64,000 bases of DNA, from the NCBI GenBank assembly GCA_950097015.1, contig CATNEN010000032.1:310001-374000 (forward strand), read 5' to 3'. This document shows positions 34,701 to 46,337 of this stretch, in pieces (within the stretch, counting starts at the first letter, position 1; every line of letters begins with the position of its first letter). The translations under genes were made by a program, and so were the position numbers. The stretch is from Macrostomum hystrix. Taxonomy: Eukaryota > Animalia > Platyhelminthes. The notes beneath the pieces are model-generated. The model was not told the DNA's origin. It did no database searches and was given only the letters and a program-made list of their open reading frames with translations.

Positions 34701-35704
34701 AATGTGAATAGGAGAGTAACAATAAAATTCAATGGAGAAATAACTGGAGATACTAACTTTCTTGGAAGTTAAAAACGGCAAGCTTGTCGCATACAATGGT
34801 GACAAAGTTCCCACGTATTTTACGGGACTTGTAACAAAATACAACTTGCATTATAATTCACGCACACACAGTTCGACTGCTTTGTCATCTGCTTAAATGT
34901 ACTCGCAATTCACTTTAACATTGCGTACACACACAGCCTTCGAGACTTTGACTATGGCAGAACATGCAACAGAACTCTAGAGATCTAGATTTTAGTATCT
35001 AAGCGAGCCAGGACATTGTCTTGTTTTGTTTGGATATTGTATTGATTCAACACAAAGAATAAATTTTGTCTACGTATGTAAAAAGCTTGATAAACTGGAG
35101 GCCACGGGGTGTTCAAGGGTCAAACCCGGAAGAGCGAATGTGGGATGCGGGACATACACATGCAGGCTGAGCTGACTGTCTCCCACACTCTGAACACTGC
35201 TTTTATGGCGCATAGACCCACCCAAGGTGTCCTCTTTTACTGCGAATTCGAAATAAGCCATGACGTTACGCAATCGACTGAGCTCAGCCCCAGACTTTTT
35301 TTGCGAAACAGCAGTGGAGTGAAAAAAATAAATTTTCAAACTGAAAGTCTGGAAGACGAGCACCTCTAGAAGAGATAATAAGGCAAAGCAGAACAAAGAA
35401 GACTTTTGGGGGCAGATTTGAAAAGTTGGCGAAATGGCATAACAAAAAAATTCCCCCTCAGATCCCAAATCCCTGCCGGCAAGCCTCTTTGTTCGACTTG
35501 GTTTTTTATTTCCAAGACTGCTCCATGTGCCACATCTCAGCCACACAGCTTTTTTATAAATCCGCCCGTTAACTCTAATCACTGCTTTGTTTTTTTCTAT
35601 CCTAATTTGCTCACTCTTTGACAAGTCTGAGGCTATGAAGTTTGCTCGAAACCTCAAACTTGTTTTTTACAATGTGTCAACTTAAAAAGTTCGACGCTTG
35701 GCTA

Positions 35705-36455
35705 TTCAAGAACTAAAAGATTCAAGAACTAAAAGACTCAAGAACTCACAGATTCAAGAACTCACAGATTCAAGAACTCACAGATTCAAGAACTCACAGA
35801 TTCAAGAACTCACAGATTCAAGAACTCAAAGACTCAAGAACTCAAAGACTCAAGAACTCAATGACTCAAGAACTCAATGACTCAAGAACTCAATGACTCA
35901 AGAACTCAACGACTCAAGAACTCAAAGACTCAAGAACTCAACGACTCAAGAACTCAATGACTCAAGAACTCAATGACTCAAGAACTCAATGACTCAAGAA
36001 CTCAAAGACTCAAGAACTCAAAGACTCAAGAACTCACAGATTCAAGAACTCAAAGACTCAAGAACTCAACGACTCAAGAACTCAAAGACTCAAGAACTCA
36101 ATGACTCAAGAACTCAACGACTCAAGAACTCAAAGACTCAAGAACTCAAAGATTCAAGAACTCAAAGACTCAAGAACTCAATGACTCAAGAACTCAACGA
36201 CTCAAGAACTCAACGACTCAAGAACTCAAAGACTCAAGAACTCAATGACTCAAGAACTCAACGACTCAAGAACTCAAAGACTGAAGAACTCAAAGACTCA
36301 AGAACTCAAAGATTCAAGAACTCAAAGACTCAAGAACTCAAAGACTCAAGAACTCAAAGACTCAAGAACTCAACGACTCAAGAACTCAACGATTCAAGAA
36401 CTCAAAGACTCAAGAACTCAACGACTCAAGAACTCAAAGACTCAAGAACTCACAG
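35705..36455. repeat. 16-bp minisatellite (aagactcaagaactca; 8-bp subrepeat)
   Basis: Direct periodicity. Confidence 0.95.
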
Positions 36456-37211
36456 AATAGAACGCAATGAACAAAGGATGTTTCTTTAGACTTTCTCACA
36501 GGAAAAGTCACTTCTCATTGGAGTCTCACGGTTAGATCATCAGGAAATATGTTTCGGATTGCAGCGAGAGATGCTATCTCGAAGCCATTGCTCAATCCAT
36601 AGGCAAAGCTTGTGTGCGGAGTAAAAACCATCCCGGACTTGGGGAAAATTTTGACCGAACGATTTTTTTGTTGCGTAGTTACGTAATCACCTTTATTTAC
36701 ACCCACCCCATCCCCGTGGAGTAACTATACGATAGTGAAAGCGACTAAGAGGGTTAGGGAAAGAGCGGGGTCATTTCGTGTCAACCCCTCCTCCCCATTC
36801 TATCTTGCTTCTAGGAGCATTGCGGTGGCCTAATCCCATAGGAACTGCAGAGCTTCTAACAAAGAAGAGTGTGCTTGTGTGTGTGGGGCGAGTGTGAGAC
36901 CACCGGACCGCTGCCTGATATTGATTGCGTAACCTCTACGCCGACCCTCTCGATCCCCTCTATATATTTCTCTCTGTTTCTCCGTCTCTCACCGAGGTCA
37001 CCGAGAGGCACTTCTGGGTCTCCAAGGCCATATCCATTCTTACTGGGTTTGTTGACGCTGTCCAGCGGGTGCACCTGAGGACGCGAACGCTGTGTGCCAG
37101 GGTGGCGGGGTGGGCTAGCCGGGTGGCAGTGACGCAATCAGTCTTTACAGTGAGTGCGTGTGAGTGCGGGCCATTATTAATAATGTGATGCCACATCCCT
37201 TCTTACTTTTT

Positions 37212-37560
37212 ACATTATCTGGAGCTGCACATTATCTGGAACTGCACATTATCTGGAACTGCACATTATCTGGAACTGCACATTATCTGGAGCTGCACAT
37301 TATCTGGAGCTGCACATTATCTGGAGCTGCACATTATCTGGAACTGCACATTATCTGGAGCTGCACATTATCTGGAGCTGCACATTATCTGGAACTGCAC
37401 ATTATCTGGAGCTGCACATTATCTGGAACTGCACATTATCTGGAACTGCACATTATCTGGAACTGCACATTATCTGGAGCTGCACATTATCTGGAGCTGC
37501 ACATTATCTGGAACTGCACATTATCTGGAGCTGCACATTATCTGGAACTGCACATTATCT
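37212..37560. repeat. 17-bp minisatellite (ctggarctgcacattat)
   Basis: Direct periodicity. Confidence 0.95.
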
Positions 37561-37671
37561 AAAACATTATCTACTACAAACAATACATTATGGGAAACTA
37601 ACAATTTCATTAAAAGTTTTAAAAATGCATTTAAAAACAGCAGAACAAAAATTCAAGAAATTCAGATACTC

Positions 37672-37760
37672 ACCAGTAAATGTTAGTCAGATTGCAATAC
37701 TTGTCCAGTCAGTTGGCTTTTGCCTGCAGTCTGAGATAGCTCAGCTGTGATCAAGTTCGG
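37672..37760 (-). other. Probable non-coding 5' exon of the NFIL3-like gene
   Basis: Strong donor TG|GTGAGT near 37672, no long ORF, lies upstream of array-filled sequence leading to the bZIP ATG. Confidence 0.3.
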
Positions 37761-38529
37761 AGATACGATGAAAAATTAACGCGTGCGATTATTAATCTCC
37801 GGCTTTTGGTTAATTAGAATGTCACTGTCGTTCGTTCTCTGTCCATATTTAATGTCATCAGGGATTGGCTCACAAGCGGTCTGAGAGAGGATTGTGGGGG
37901 GAATTGTTAGAAAAAACTATTTCTAATTCTCTTCCCTCATCTATTTCACAAGCCCCAGCTTTTTCAGCCAATCAGAGACCTCTTGCGTAATCAGAGAGCC
38001 CTTCAACGGAAATGCCTTATTTTTTGTCTCCTTTTTTAGACCAGATCGTGTTGTGCAGCTAAAATGCATTATAAACAAAGGTTGGGTCTTCATTAACTTA
38101 CCTGGTCCAGCAGTAATAGAAGAACATACATATGATTACGCAACAGCGCATTGGTGTAAGCGTAGAAATATAGTAAGAAATTCTGACTTTGGCATCCATA
38201 CTCGGTTTAATGGTATATCGTTGTACGAATTGTAGATACGAGTAAATAAGTGAAAAGTGGTGATTTGCCAGATCTTGACCTAGCCTTGTCAACGCTGGCA
38301 ATAATAGTTGACTCACAAAGAATTCTTTGTGTTAGTGACCTCCTTGTTCTTCAAAGATCCAAAGAAGGCTGTGCTACTAGAAGTTACTCTTTTGAGAAAA
38401 TTGTTTTGTATTTCCAATCGTTTGAATGAGCTTCAAATTTCATTTTGCTTTGCCATAAAACACTTTAGGGCAATATTTACAGCATTACAGCTTCTCTGTC
38501 TCTCTGCGTGTCCTGAGTGTCTTTGGAGT

Positions 38530-38551
38530 GCTGTCTGTCTGCCTGTCTGCC

Positions 38552-38584
<33 letters not shown>

Positions 38585-38890
38585 GCCTGTCTGTCTGTCT
38601 GCCTGTCTGCCTGTCTGTCTGCCTGTCTGCCTGCCTGTCTGTCTGTCTGTCTGTCTGTCTGCCTGTCTGTCTGTCTGTGCTGGGAGTCTGTCTGTCTGTG
38701 CTGGGAGTCTGTCTGTCTGTCTGCCTGCCTGTCTGTCTGTCTGTCTGTCTGTCTGCCTGTCTGTCTGTCTGTGCTGGGAGTCTGTCTGTCTGTCTGTCTG
38801 TCTGCCTGCCTGTCTGTCTGTCTGTCTGCCTGCCTGTCTGTCTGTCTGTCTGTCTGTCTGCCTGCCTGTCTGTCTGTCTGTCTGCCTGCC

Positions 38891-38929
<39 letters not shown>

Positions 38930-39303
38930 GCTGGGAGTCTGTTTGTCTGTGCTGGGAGTCTGTCTGTCTGTGCTGGGAGTCTGTCTGTCTGTGCTGGGAG
39001 TCTGTCTGTCTGTGCTGGGAGTCTGTCTGTCTGTGCTGGGAGTCTGTCTGTCTGTGCTGGGAGTCTGCCTGTCTTTGCTGGGAGTCTGTCTGTCTGTCTG
39101 TCTGTCTGTCTGTGCTGGGAGTCTGTCTGTGCTGGGAGTCTGTCTGTGCTGGGAGTCTGTCTGTGCTGGGAGTCTGTCTGTGCTGGGGGTCTGTCTGGGC
39201 TGGGAGTCTGTCTGTGCTGGGAGTCTGTCTGTGCTGGGAGTCTGTCTGTGCTGGGAGTCTGTCTGTGCTGGGAGTCTGTCTGTGCTGGGAGTCTGTCTGT
39301 CTT

Positions 39304-39336
<33 letters not shown>
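38530..39336. repeat. (CTGT)n microsatellite with interspersed GCTGGGAG units
   Basis: Direct periodicity; same composite at 58801-59004. Confidence 0.95.
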
Positions 39337-39337
<1 letters not shown>

Positions 39338-39348
39338 AAGCTTCAAGC

Positions 39349-40372
39349 TCAGTCCATGGACACAGTTGACAGCCATCTGGAACGCTGCTCTGCCTGCTCC
39401 CCAAGCTTCCCAGGATCGCTGGGCCACCGTCGGCCAAGTCGGCGGTGTCCGCCGCCGCAGCAGCCGTCATCAGCCAGCAGCCGTTCCACCGCAGCTCTGA
39501 GCAGCACCGCAGCGGGGCAGAGCAGGCCAAGCAGTCCTCGCATCGCTCTGCCACTTTTGGCCTCAACTCCGGCAAACTGGATCACCAGGCAGCCGCCGTT
39601 GACCACACCGAAGCCCACAACGCACCTCGGCGGACAGCGCAATCGAACTGTGGAATTCACGTCGATGAGTTCCAGTCCGGACTGCCGGCTTAGACGCAAT
39701 CCGTGCAAATGAGCGGGCGGCAGACCCAGCCTACTGGCGGTGAAGTTAACGACAGGCTGAACGGCCCAGGTGGCTTCCTCAGCTGAGTCAGAAGCGCAGA
39801 GCCGATTTGCCGTACAGTTGGCCGCTTGAATTAAACAGCAAAGCCGATCAATCTGCAAGCAGCTGGGGCTGTACACAGTTAGCCAACGCCGACCAATTAG
39901 AAGAGCCGGCCTGCAGATCCGAATTCTGACAGCGAAAATGCCCAAATTTTCCGTTTCTTTTAAGTAGAGCTTCGACCTTCTTGGCAGATTAACTTTGATT
40001 AGAAATCGTTCATTTTCGAACTCTCGATACCCCGCCTTGATCCGATGTCGTCTGCTGGCCTTTCGTCGACTTCGTCCTCGATTGTGTCGCTCAATAGTTG
40101 CCGAGATATCGCCGCCCAAGCGGGGAAATCGCCGATTTTTCCTATTGAAGTCGCTCTTCAGTTCGTCGGCTTGGGTAGGCGCTAGGCGCAGCTCGGGGGT
40201 CGAGCCGCGACCACACAGGCAGACGCTGGCTCGAACTGGCTGCAGATCGTCCAGATCCACCGCACTAGACGCATCTGGCCCGTCCGAGCAGAACCCGCTC
40301 TGTTTAACATAGACCAGGGCACAGTCCATCTGCTGCTGCTGAGATTGAACTCTTTCTTCTTTTCTTTTGCTT
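39349..40372 (-). CDS. Uncharacterised protein, large terminal exon (~340 aa, basic R-rich stretch then beta-rich region); 5' exon(s) unresolved near 40430-40520
   Basis: 326-aa ORF, pyrimidine-rich acceptor at 40374/40372, GC-rich coding composition. Confidence 0.6.
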
Positions 40373-40616
40373 CTAGAAGAATATTTTTTGAGAAGAGAAA
40401 TAAAAGAGTGCCCCCTTGAGTTGCATGCTCAAGTGCTTCTGCAGCTTGCTCTTGCATTCTTCTGCTCTTGGCTTGCTCGGAATGAGCAATAAGCTCGTCT
40501 CGTCTTCTCCTTCTTATGCTACCATTGTTCGTGAATCACTTTTTCTAGTCTCACTTGTCGCACATCCAGCGCTTATTTCAGTACACATTCTTGCGCTATG
40601 CATTTAGACATGTGGT

Positions 40617-41081
40617 TCCAGATCCCAGGTGTCTCAGATCCCAGGTGTCTCAGATCCCAGGTGTCTCAGATCCCAGGTGTCTCAGATCCCAGGTGTCTCA
40701 GATCCCAGGTGTCTCAGATCCCAGGTGTCTCAGATCCCAGGTGTCTCAGATCCCAGGTGTCTCAGATCCCAGGTGTCTCAGATCCCAGGTGTCTCAGATC
40801 CCAGGTGTCTCAGATCCCAGGTGTCTCAGATCCCAGGTGTCTCAGATCCCAGGTGTCTCAGATCCCAGGTGTCTCAGATCCCAGGTGTCTCAGATCCCAG
40901 GTGTCTCAGATCCCAGGTGTCTCAGATCCCAGGTGTCTCAGATCCCAGGTGTCTCAGATCCCAGGTGTCTCAGATCCCAGGTGTCTCAGATCCCAGGTGT
41001 CTCAGATCCCAGGTGTCTCAGATCCCAGGTGTCACAGATCCCAGGTGTCTCAGATCCCAGGTGTCTCAGATCCCAGGTGTC
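40617..41081. repeat. 16-bp near-perfect minisatellite (gatcccaggtgtctca), ~29 units, between divergently oriented genes
   Basis: Direct periodicity. Confidence 0.97.
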
Positions 41082-41200
41082 CCATTGTATGTACGAGCGT
41101 ATTATTCGCGCCTTGTATCATTTACCAGAGTTGAAAAAATATGCTTGAACCAATACTCATTTGGCAACACGAACTTCATGAATCGGATATTTTCAGCGCG

Positions 41201-42380
41201 ATGGCCCTGACAGAGAACTTCCATCCCGAGACCATCGAGATAAGCATGGATCTCGTTGAAGCTGCTAAGCAGCAGTTGGACTTCCTGCAGCTGGTTGACG
41301 GAGAGGCTCTACTGCACAGCAGCGAGGCTGTGGCGAGCCGGGCTCTGCATCGCTATGAGGCCCTGTGGCTGCCGCTGCTGGCGCAGCACCGGGAGCTGTG
41401 TCACGCCATGCTCCCTCCGCTTGACGTGGCTTGGGCCGCCCACTGCCACAAGCTGGCGCCAGCGATCTACAAGTCCGACGTCACGAGCCTGATTGGTGAG
41501 TTGTGTCCTTCATGCATGCTTTGTGCATTCCATGGCTAATAGGCATTCCCCGCTTAGATAATTTGGAATCTGGTACGGAAAACCATCCGAAAGGCTTCGT
41601 GCCAGCTGTTCCATCGCCGACTGCGGACAGACTGGCTGCTGAAAAGCTCGGTCGTCAGCTGTGGACTGGCGCCTATCCCCTGGAACCGTTTGACTTGAAC
41701 TTGGAGGCCGCAGCAGCTTCTGAGACTTCATCAGCGGCCAGCCAGCTGAAGTACAGCATTCGCGAGGCCATGCAACGGCAGAAGGTGTTCTACAGCAACG
41801 TATCGCAGCCGCATTACCGCGACGACGACTTCCTGCGGGCCAGCCTGGCTCGCTACAAGCAGTTCCTGCGCCTGCACCAGCTCTTCCCGAAGCTGTTCAT
41901 TGTGCCCTGCCATGACATCGACCTCATGTGGCACTCCCACCTGCTGAACCCCCTCGCCTATGAGCGGGACTGCCTGGCTCTGTTTCAGGACGCTCTGATT
42001 CACGACGACACCGACAGTGACAAGAGCGAGGACTCCAAGCTGTCCAAGGGCTATGCCAAAACTGCCGAGCTGTGGACTCGCTGCTTCGGCGGCACCTACC
42101 TCGATCACGGGTGAGCCTGCTAATTTGAAATTATTTCTGAGTAGCAAGAAGTACAGGAAAACAGCTCACGGAAGAAGCCGTTTGCTTCTAAAGACATTTA
42201 AAAAAGGAAGTGCTGCTCAACCTTACTGATAGGCGAGGATACAGCATTGCTAACTGCAAAAAAAACTGCGGTGCCTGCGGCGGCATGTGTGGTGGCGGCG
42301 GCGGTGGCGGTGGCGGTGGCGGCGGCGGCGGCGGTGGCGGTGGCTGCGGTGGCGGCTGCGGCGGAGGAGTCGAGAATTGA
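41201..42380 (+). CDS. Glycine-rich domain-containing protein (GRDP/DUF1399-like), ~320-335 aa, 3 exons
   Basis: Exons 41201-41495, ~41558 (acceptor ambiguous)-42110, 42233-42380. Motifs DLVEAAKQQLDFL, RYEALWLPLL..PPLDVAWAAHCHKLAP..Y, RQKVFY, ARYKQFL, VPCHDIDLMWHSHLLNP..Y, HDDTDSD and the C-terminal GGCGGGCGGG match remembered plant GRDP1/2. Confidence 0.85.
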
Positions 42381-42769
42381 TTGCGTCACCAATCGCCGTC
42401 GCAGGACCGCCTGAAAAAGCACTAAAGCCTGTGATATCTTCACACATTACACGTTAAAAATACAAATGTTATTTTTTATAACTCGTAGAAGCAGGTGCAT
42501 ACCAATAGATTAACTAATTAGATGGAAAAAGTGTCGATTAAGGGTTTTCTTTTCTTTTGTAGTGAAAACTTTATATCCTTCTCGTACGACCAGAAATTTT
42601 AACTCCGCCCAATTACAGAACATGGCGTCCTGTACGAGCATTTTGTGCTGTATCCAATTAGCTCGTAATTTATCTTGTATACTCTCGCAGGCTTATAGAA
42701 AAAATAAACGATTGTCATTATATTTTTTCTTGCTGTCCTCTTACTTGCTTTTTACTTCCCAAATTTAAG

Positions 42770-42895
42770 TTGTTCAGTCCATGGACTGGGAGGAAGCCGC
42801 ATCATGACAAATTTCCATTCCCAGCTAATGCTGGCACCGGCTGGTACCTTACAACCGAGCTAACGGAAGCAATGAGGAGTTGTTGAAGACTCTTG
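42770..42895 (-). mobile_element. SINE family 2, degenerate internal fragment
   Basis: Reverse complement contains cattgcttc...ggtaccag...cattagctggg...cagtccatggactgaac. Confidence 0.55.
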
Positions 42896-43449
42896 CCCAA
42901 TGCCTCACTTTAATATGGGAAATAATATCGGAATTAGCGAGGACGACTACTTATATAGTAGTAGTGTATGTACGTGCAATGCTGCTGAAGGGTAATACAG
43001 AAGCACAAGTAGAAAACTTCGCTATTAATGCTACTATCCAAGTAAACTAGATCGAAAAATAATTTTTTCAAAGCCTGGACATGCTTAAAACACGCGTAAG
43101 GTAGAAAATGGGTCAATATTGCATAGCTTTGTTTTAATAAGCTGCAAAATTAATGCAGGATAATCATGAGAATCGCTGAACAGGTAGTGAGTAAAAATTC
43201 TATTGATTTAAATATTTTAGCAATTTTGCAGCCCGGTGTGTTTTCTCTGCCGCAAATTTCTCACTGTAAGCTAGCTCTCTTTGTTGTTAGAGGCAACAGA
43301 TTTGCTGTGCTGCTAAAACCTATTGGTTACTATTTTCTAACGTTGCAGAATCGGGTGGTAGATTTTGATTTTGTTTAAATTTCGAGCCTATAAATGACTA
43401 CTTGATTGAGTTGCTTGATATAGATCTAGATTTGTCAATGGAAGCCGAA

Positions 43450-43785
43450 ATCCCTGAGCTCGAAACTGCGGCGAGAGGCCGCATTTATTTGGGGCTGTGT
43501 CTGGTCCGATTGGGTCAGATGTGCAGCCGACAGCACAACCGCAGTTATTGCGCGGCGCATCTGAAGGCTGCTTAAAGCTGTTCAGTCCATGGACTGGGGG
43601 ACGCCACACCCTCCCTTAATTGCCTCAGCTAATGCTGTTACCCATTTAACTGCTGGGTGAACTGCAGCAATGCAGAGTCAAGTGTCTTGCTAAGTGAGAT
43701 AATTTGTTCCAGTGGAGTCGGGAATCGAACTACTGACCTATAAGTCGTGAGTCTGAAGCTCTAACAACGAGCCTACAACCCTTAG
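43450..43785 (-). mobile_element. SINE family 2, copy 3 (43500-43781, minus) abutting a plus-strand SINE family 1 fragment (43450-43500)
   Basis: Minus strand gives the tRNA head, the agcaagacactt centre and cagtccatggactg; the plus strand at 43450 reads ccctgagctcgaaactgcggcgagaggccgcatttatttgggg like the family 1 head. Confidence 0.8.
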
Positions 43786-44035
43786 GCTACAAAAATGTTC
43801 GTACAATGTTTTTAAGCATTTAATTCCCATTTCTCATTGCTTCAATTTTATCGCTTTCTAACTCTAAAAAAGAGAAACTCAAAGAAAAAAGTATGAATTA
43901 ATAATAGCGTTTTAATTTAGTTCAAATGGAAGACTGGTCCTTTACTTCTAGTAGCTCAAACTCTATTGGCTGGGCGAGCAACCGGCCTTCCAAAAGCTGC
44001 TATTTATGGTACCAAAATGCATCTGCTTTAACTGA

Positions 44036-46337
44036 ATGCCAAGAAATCTTGTGAGCGAGGACACAATGAGCAGCAATAGTTTGCCAGAGCCACAGCTCCT
44101 GGCTGAGTGGTGCCACCAGCAGCAGCAGCTGCAGCAGGAGGGGCCGTTATCATCCGAATTGTCATGGAACTTTACCCCAGCAACAGCTCAGCAACTAGTC
44201 TTGCCGCCAGTCTCTACCTGTTATTATCGCTCACCTACGGAATCGGATGATGTGCAAGTTAGTCTCAACTCGATGACCCCAGATCACCCAACAGTGCTGC
44301 ATCAGTGCTCAACCTCTGCCGTCTCTAGCGAGCTGGTCAAGCCGCCTTACTCCTACATCGCTCTGATCTCTATGGCCATAACTGCCCAACCGGACCACAG
44401 AGCCACTCTGAGCGGCATCTACCAGTTCATCAAGGACCGGTTTGTGCCAGATCACATCGAGTATTAGATTACAAGTATTAGAATAAGTTTTTATACAGCC
44501 CCAGAGCATATCGTTAGTGCTACTTGGTGCAGACGGTTCTCAATAAATCTTCCATAATTTTTTACCTTGGGTCCGCAACGAGGACTGCTTATAAACTGTT
44601 TGTTATAGAATAAGGCTCTTCGCAAATGCTCTCCTAAACTGACCCCTATAGCCCAGTTTGACTGAAGCACCTCACACCTTTCATTGGCCCTTGGTGAGTG
44701 TTAGGTATCGCAGCGTCTTCATTAGGAGTGTTGAAAGGCGTCAATTCTGACAGGTGGCCCGGCTGTCCAGACCAATTCGTTTAATATTTTCTATAAAGCG
44801 AGAGAATAAAAGAGAAGAAAGGCTCAAGCCTCATCGTGCTCAAGTGGACCCATTGGTTGCTGCTCATTCCATGGGGTTCTATCTGTGTCTGCAAATATTG
44901 CAAAATTACCCACCATTCTGCTTGTGCAATTATTGCGAATATCGTTTGAAAAAAGACCGCTCTTAATTAGTTAATTATATCTGGACTGCAAATGAGTGGA
45001 TTAACTATTTTTTAGCTTTTTTCCACTGAGCATACTTCGTGATAATCGTCCGATTTTAATGTGCGAGAGCGTCCGTAAATTATTTGAAAGGGGTCCGTGG
45101 CAAAGCGGTTAACGCGTTTGCAACTCGCATCCAAGGTCCTGAGCTCGAGTCCGCGGCGAGGCCACATTCATTTGGGGCGCAGCCGACGAGAGAAGGCTTG
45201 GTGGTTGTCGTGCAATTTGCGCCCTTAAGGGCCAACCTCCAAGGAACACTGCCTGGCGATGAGAAAGTCAGGGCAGGTGTACACACCTGTGTGAGTGTGT
45301 GCCTGTGTGCAGTATCTGTGCGTATGTGCTCAGGAGTCAGCGAAATGGGCAGAATTGCCTCCACGCTGGCTGCGGGTCTAGTGTCACCAACTGATGTGCC
45401 ATAGCCCACAGCACTCCTGCAAATCTTATTATTAATTATGTACATAATTAATTAATAACAAGTAGACTTGTGGCGTGAGGTGGTTTTTTATATGGCTGAG
45501 AGAACAATAGGAGAAATGTACATCGGATTTTCAACTTGCCAACCCTCGACCTAAAAATCGAATCCAGCTTCCCATACTACCGCGAGAACAAGCAGGGCTG
45601 GCAGAACTCCATCAGACACAACTTGTCGCTGAACGAGTGTTTTGTGAAGGTGCCCCGCAGTGGATCGTCAACTCCCGCTGACAGCGGCGGACGGCCCGGT
45701 AAGGGCAGCTACTGGACGCTGGACCCGGGGGCCTACAATATGTTCGACAATGGCAGCTACCTACGAAGACGTAAGAGATTCAAAAGACAGCGTCTGCAGG
45801 ATCGGGACGAGGAGCAAGGATCGCTATTAAAGCAGGTACGAAACTTGCTCGGTTAGGATAGGCTCTTGTTAGAGAAATTTAGTTAAAGTTTTTTCATTGC
45901 CACGAACCATTTTGTAGGAAAAAACATCATCAGCAGACGTTTCTGAGACGCCTTCGTTGACAATCGACGCGCCATCAACAGCTTCGGGCGCCATCGCTGA
46001 AAGCTTCAACGAAAAAAATATTCAACAGGTAACTTCTCAACTGCCAGATTATCAGTCGCATCAGCAGTCAGACTCAGCATCAGCAACCAGCATCGTCCAG
46101 CATCTGGACCACGACATAAATGAAGCGAAATTGCAGTACCAACACCACCAATTTTACTACTACCAAGCACAGCCGCTAGTGCAGCAGCAACCGCATGAAC
46201 TGCAGCCCCAACACACTCTCGAACTTGATGCAAGCTACTACAGTTCTTACTACCCTTATGGCACAATGGTCGCAGTCAGGGATCAGAATGACCTAAGTGC
46301 CAATTGCATGTACTCGTTAATGCCGATGAATGGGTGA
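44036..46337 (+). CDS. foxC: Forkhead box transcription factor, most like FoxC (FoxL1 not excluded), 363 aa, 3 exons
   Basis: Exons 44036-44439, 45568-45835, 45918-46337 (1092 nt). Forkhead domain [11 protein letters not shown]...YQFIKDR|[30 protein letters not shown]...[28 protein letters not shown]. Confidence 0.8.
45090..45433 (+). mobile_element. SINE family 1, copy D (Fox intron 1)
   Basis: A/B boxes, shared body, (TTA)n tail. Confidence 0.88.

Larger units (their letters stand above)
35265..38144. promoter_or_regulatory. Cluster of PAR/NFIL3/C-EBP-type bZIP sites upstream of the NFIL3-like CDS
   Basis: TTACGCAA 35266, TTACGTAA 36679, TTGCGTAA 36925, TGACGCAAT 37130, TTGCGTAA 37983, TTACGCAA 38136. 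Confidence 0.5.
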
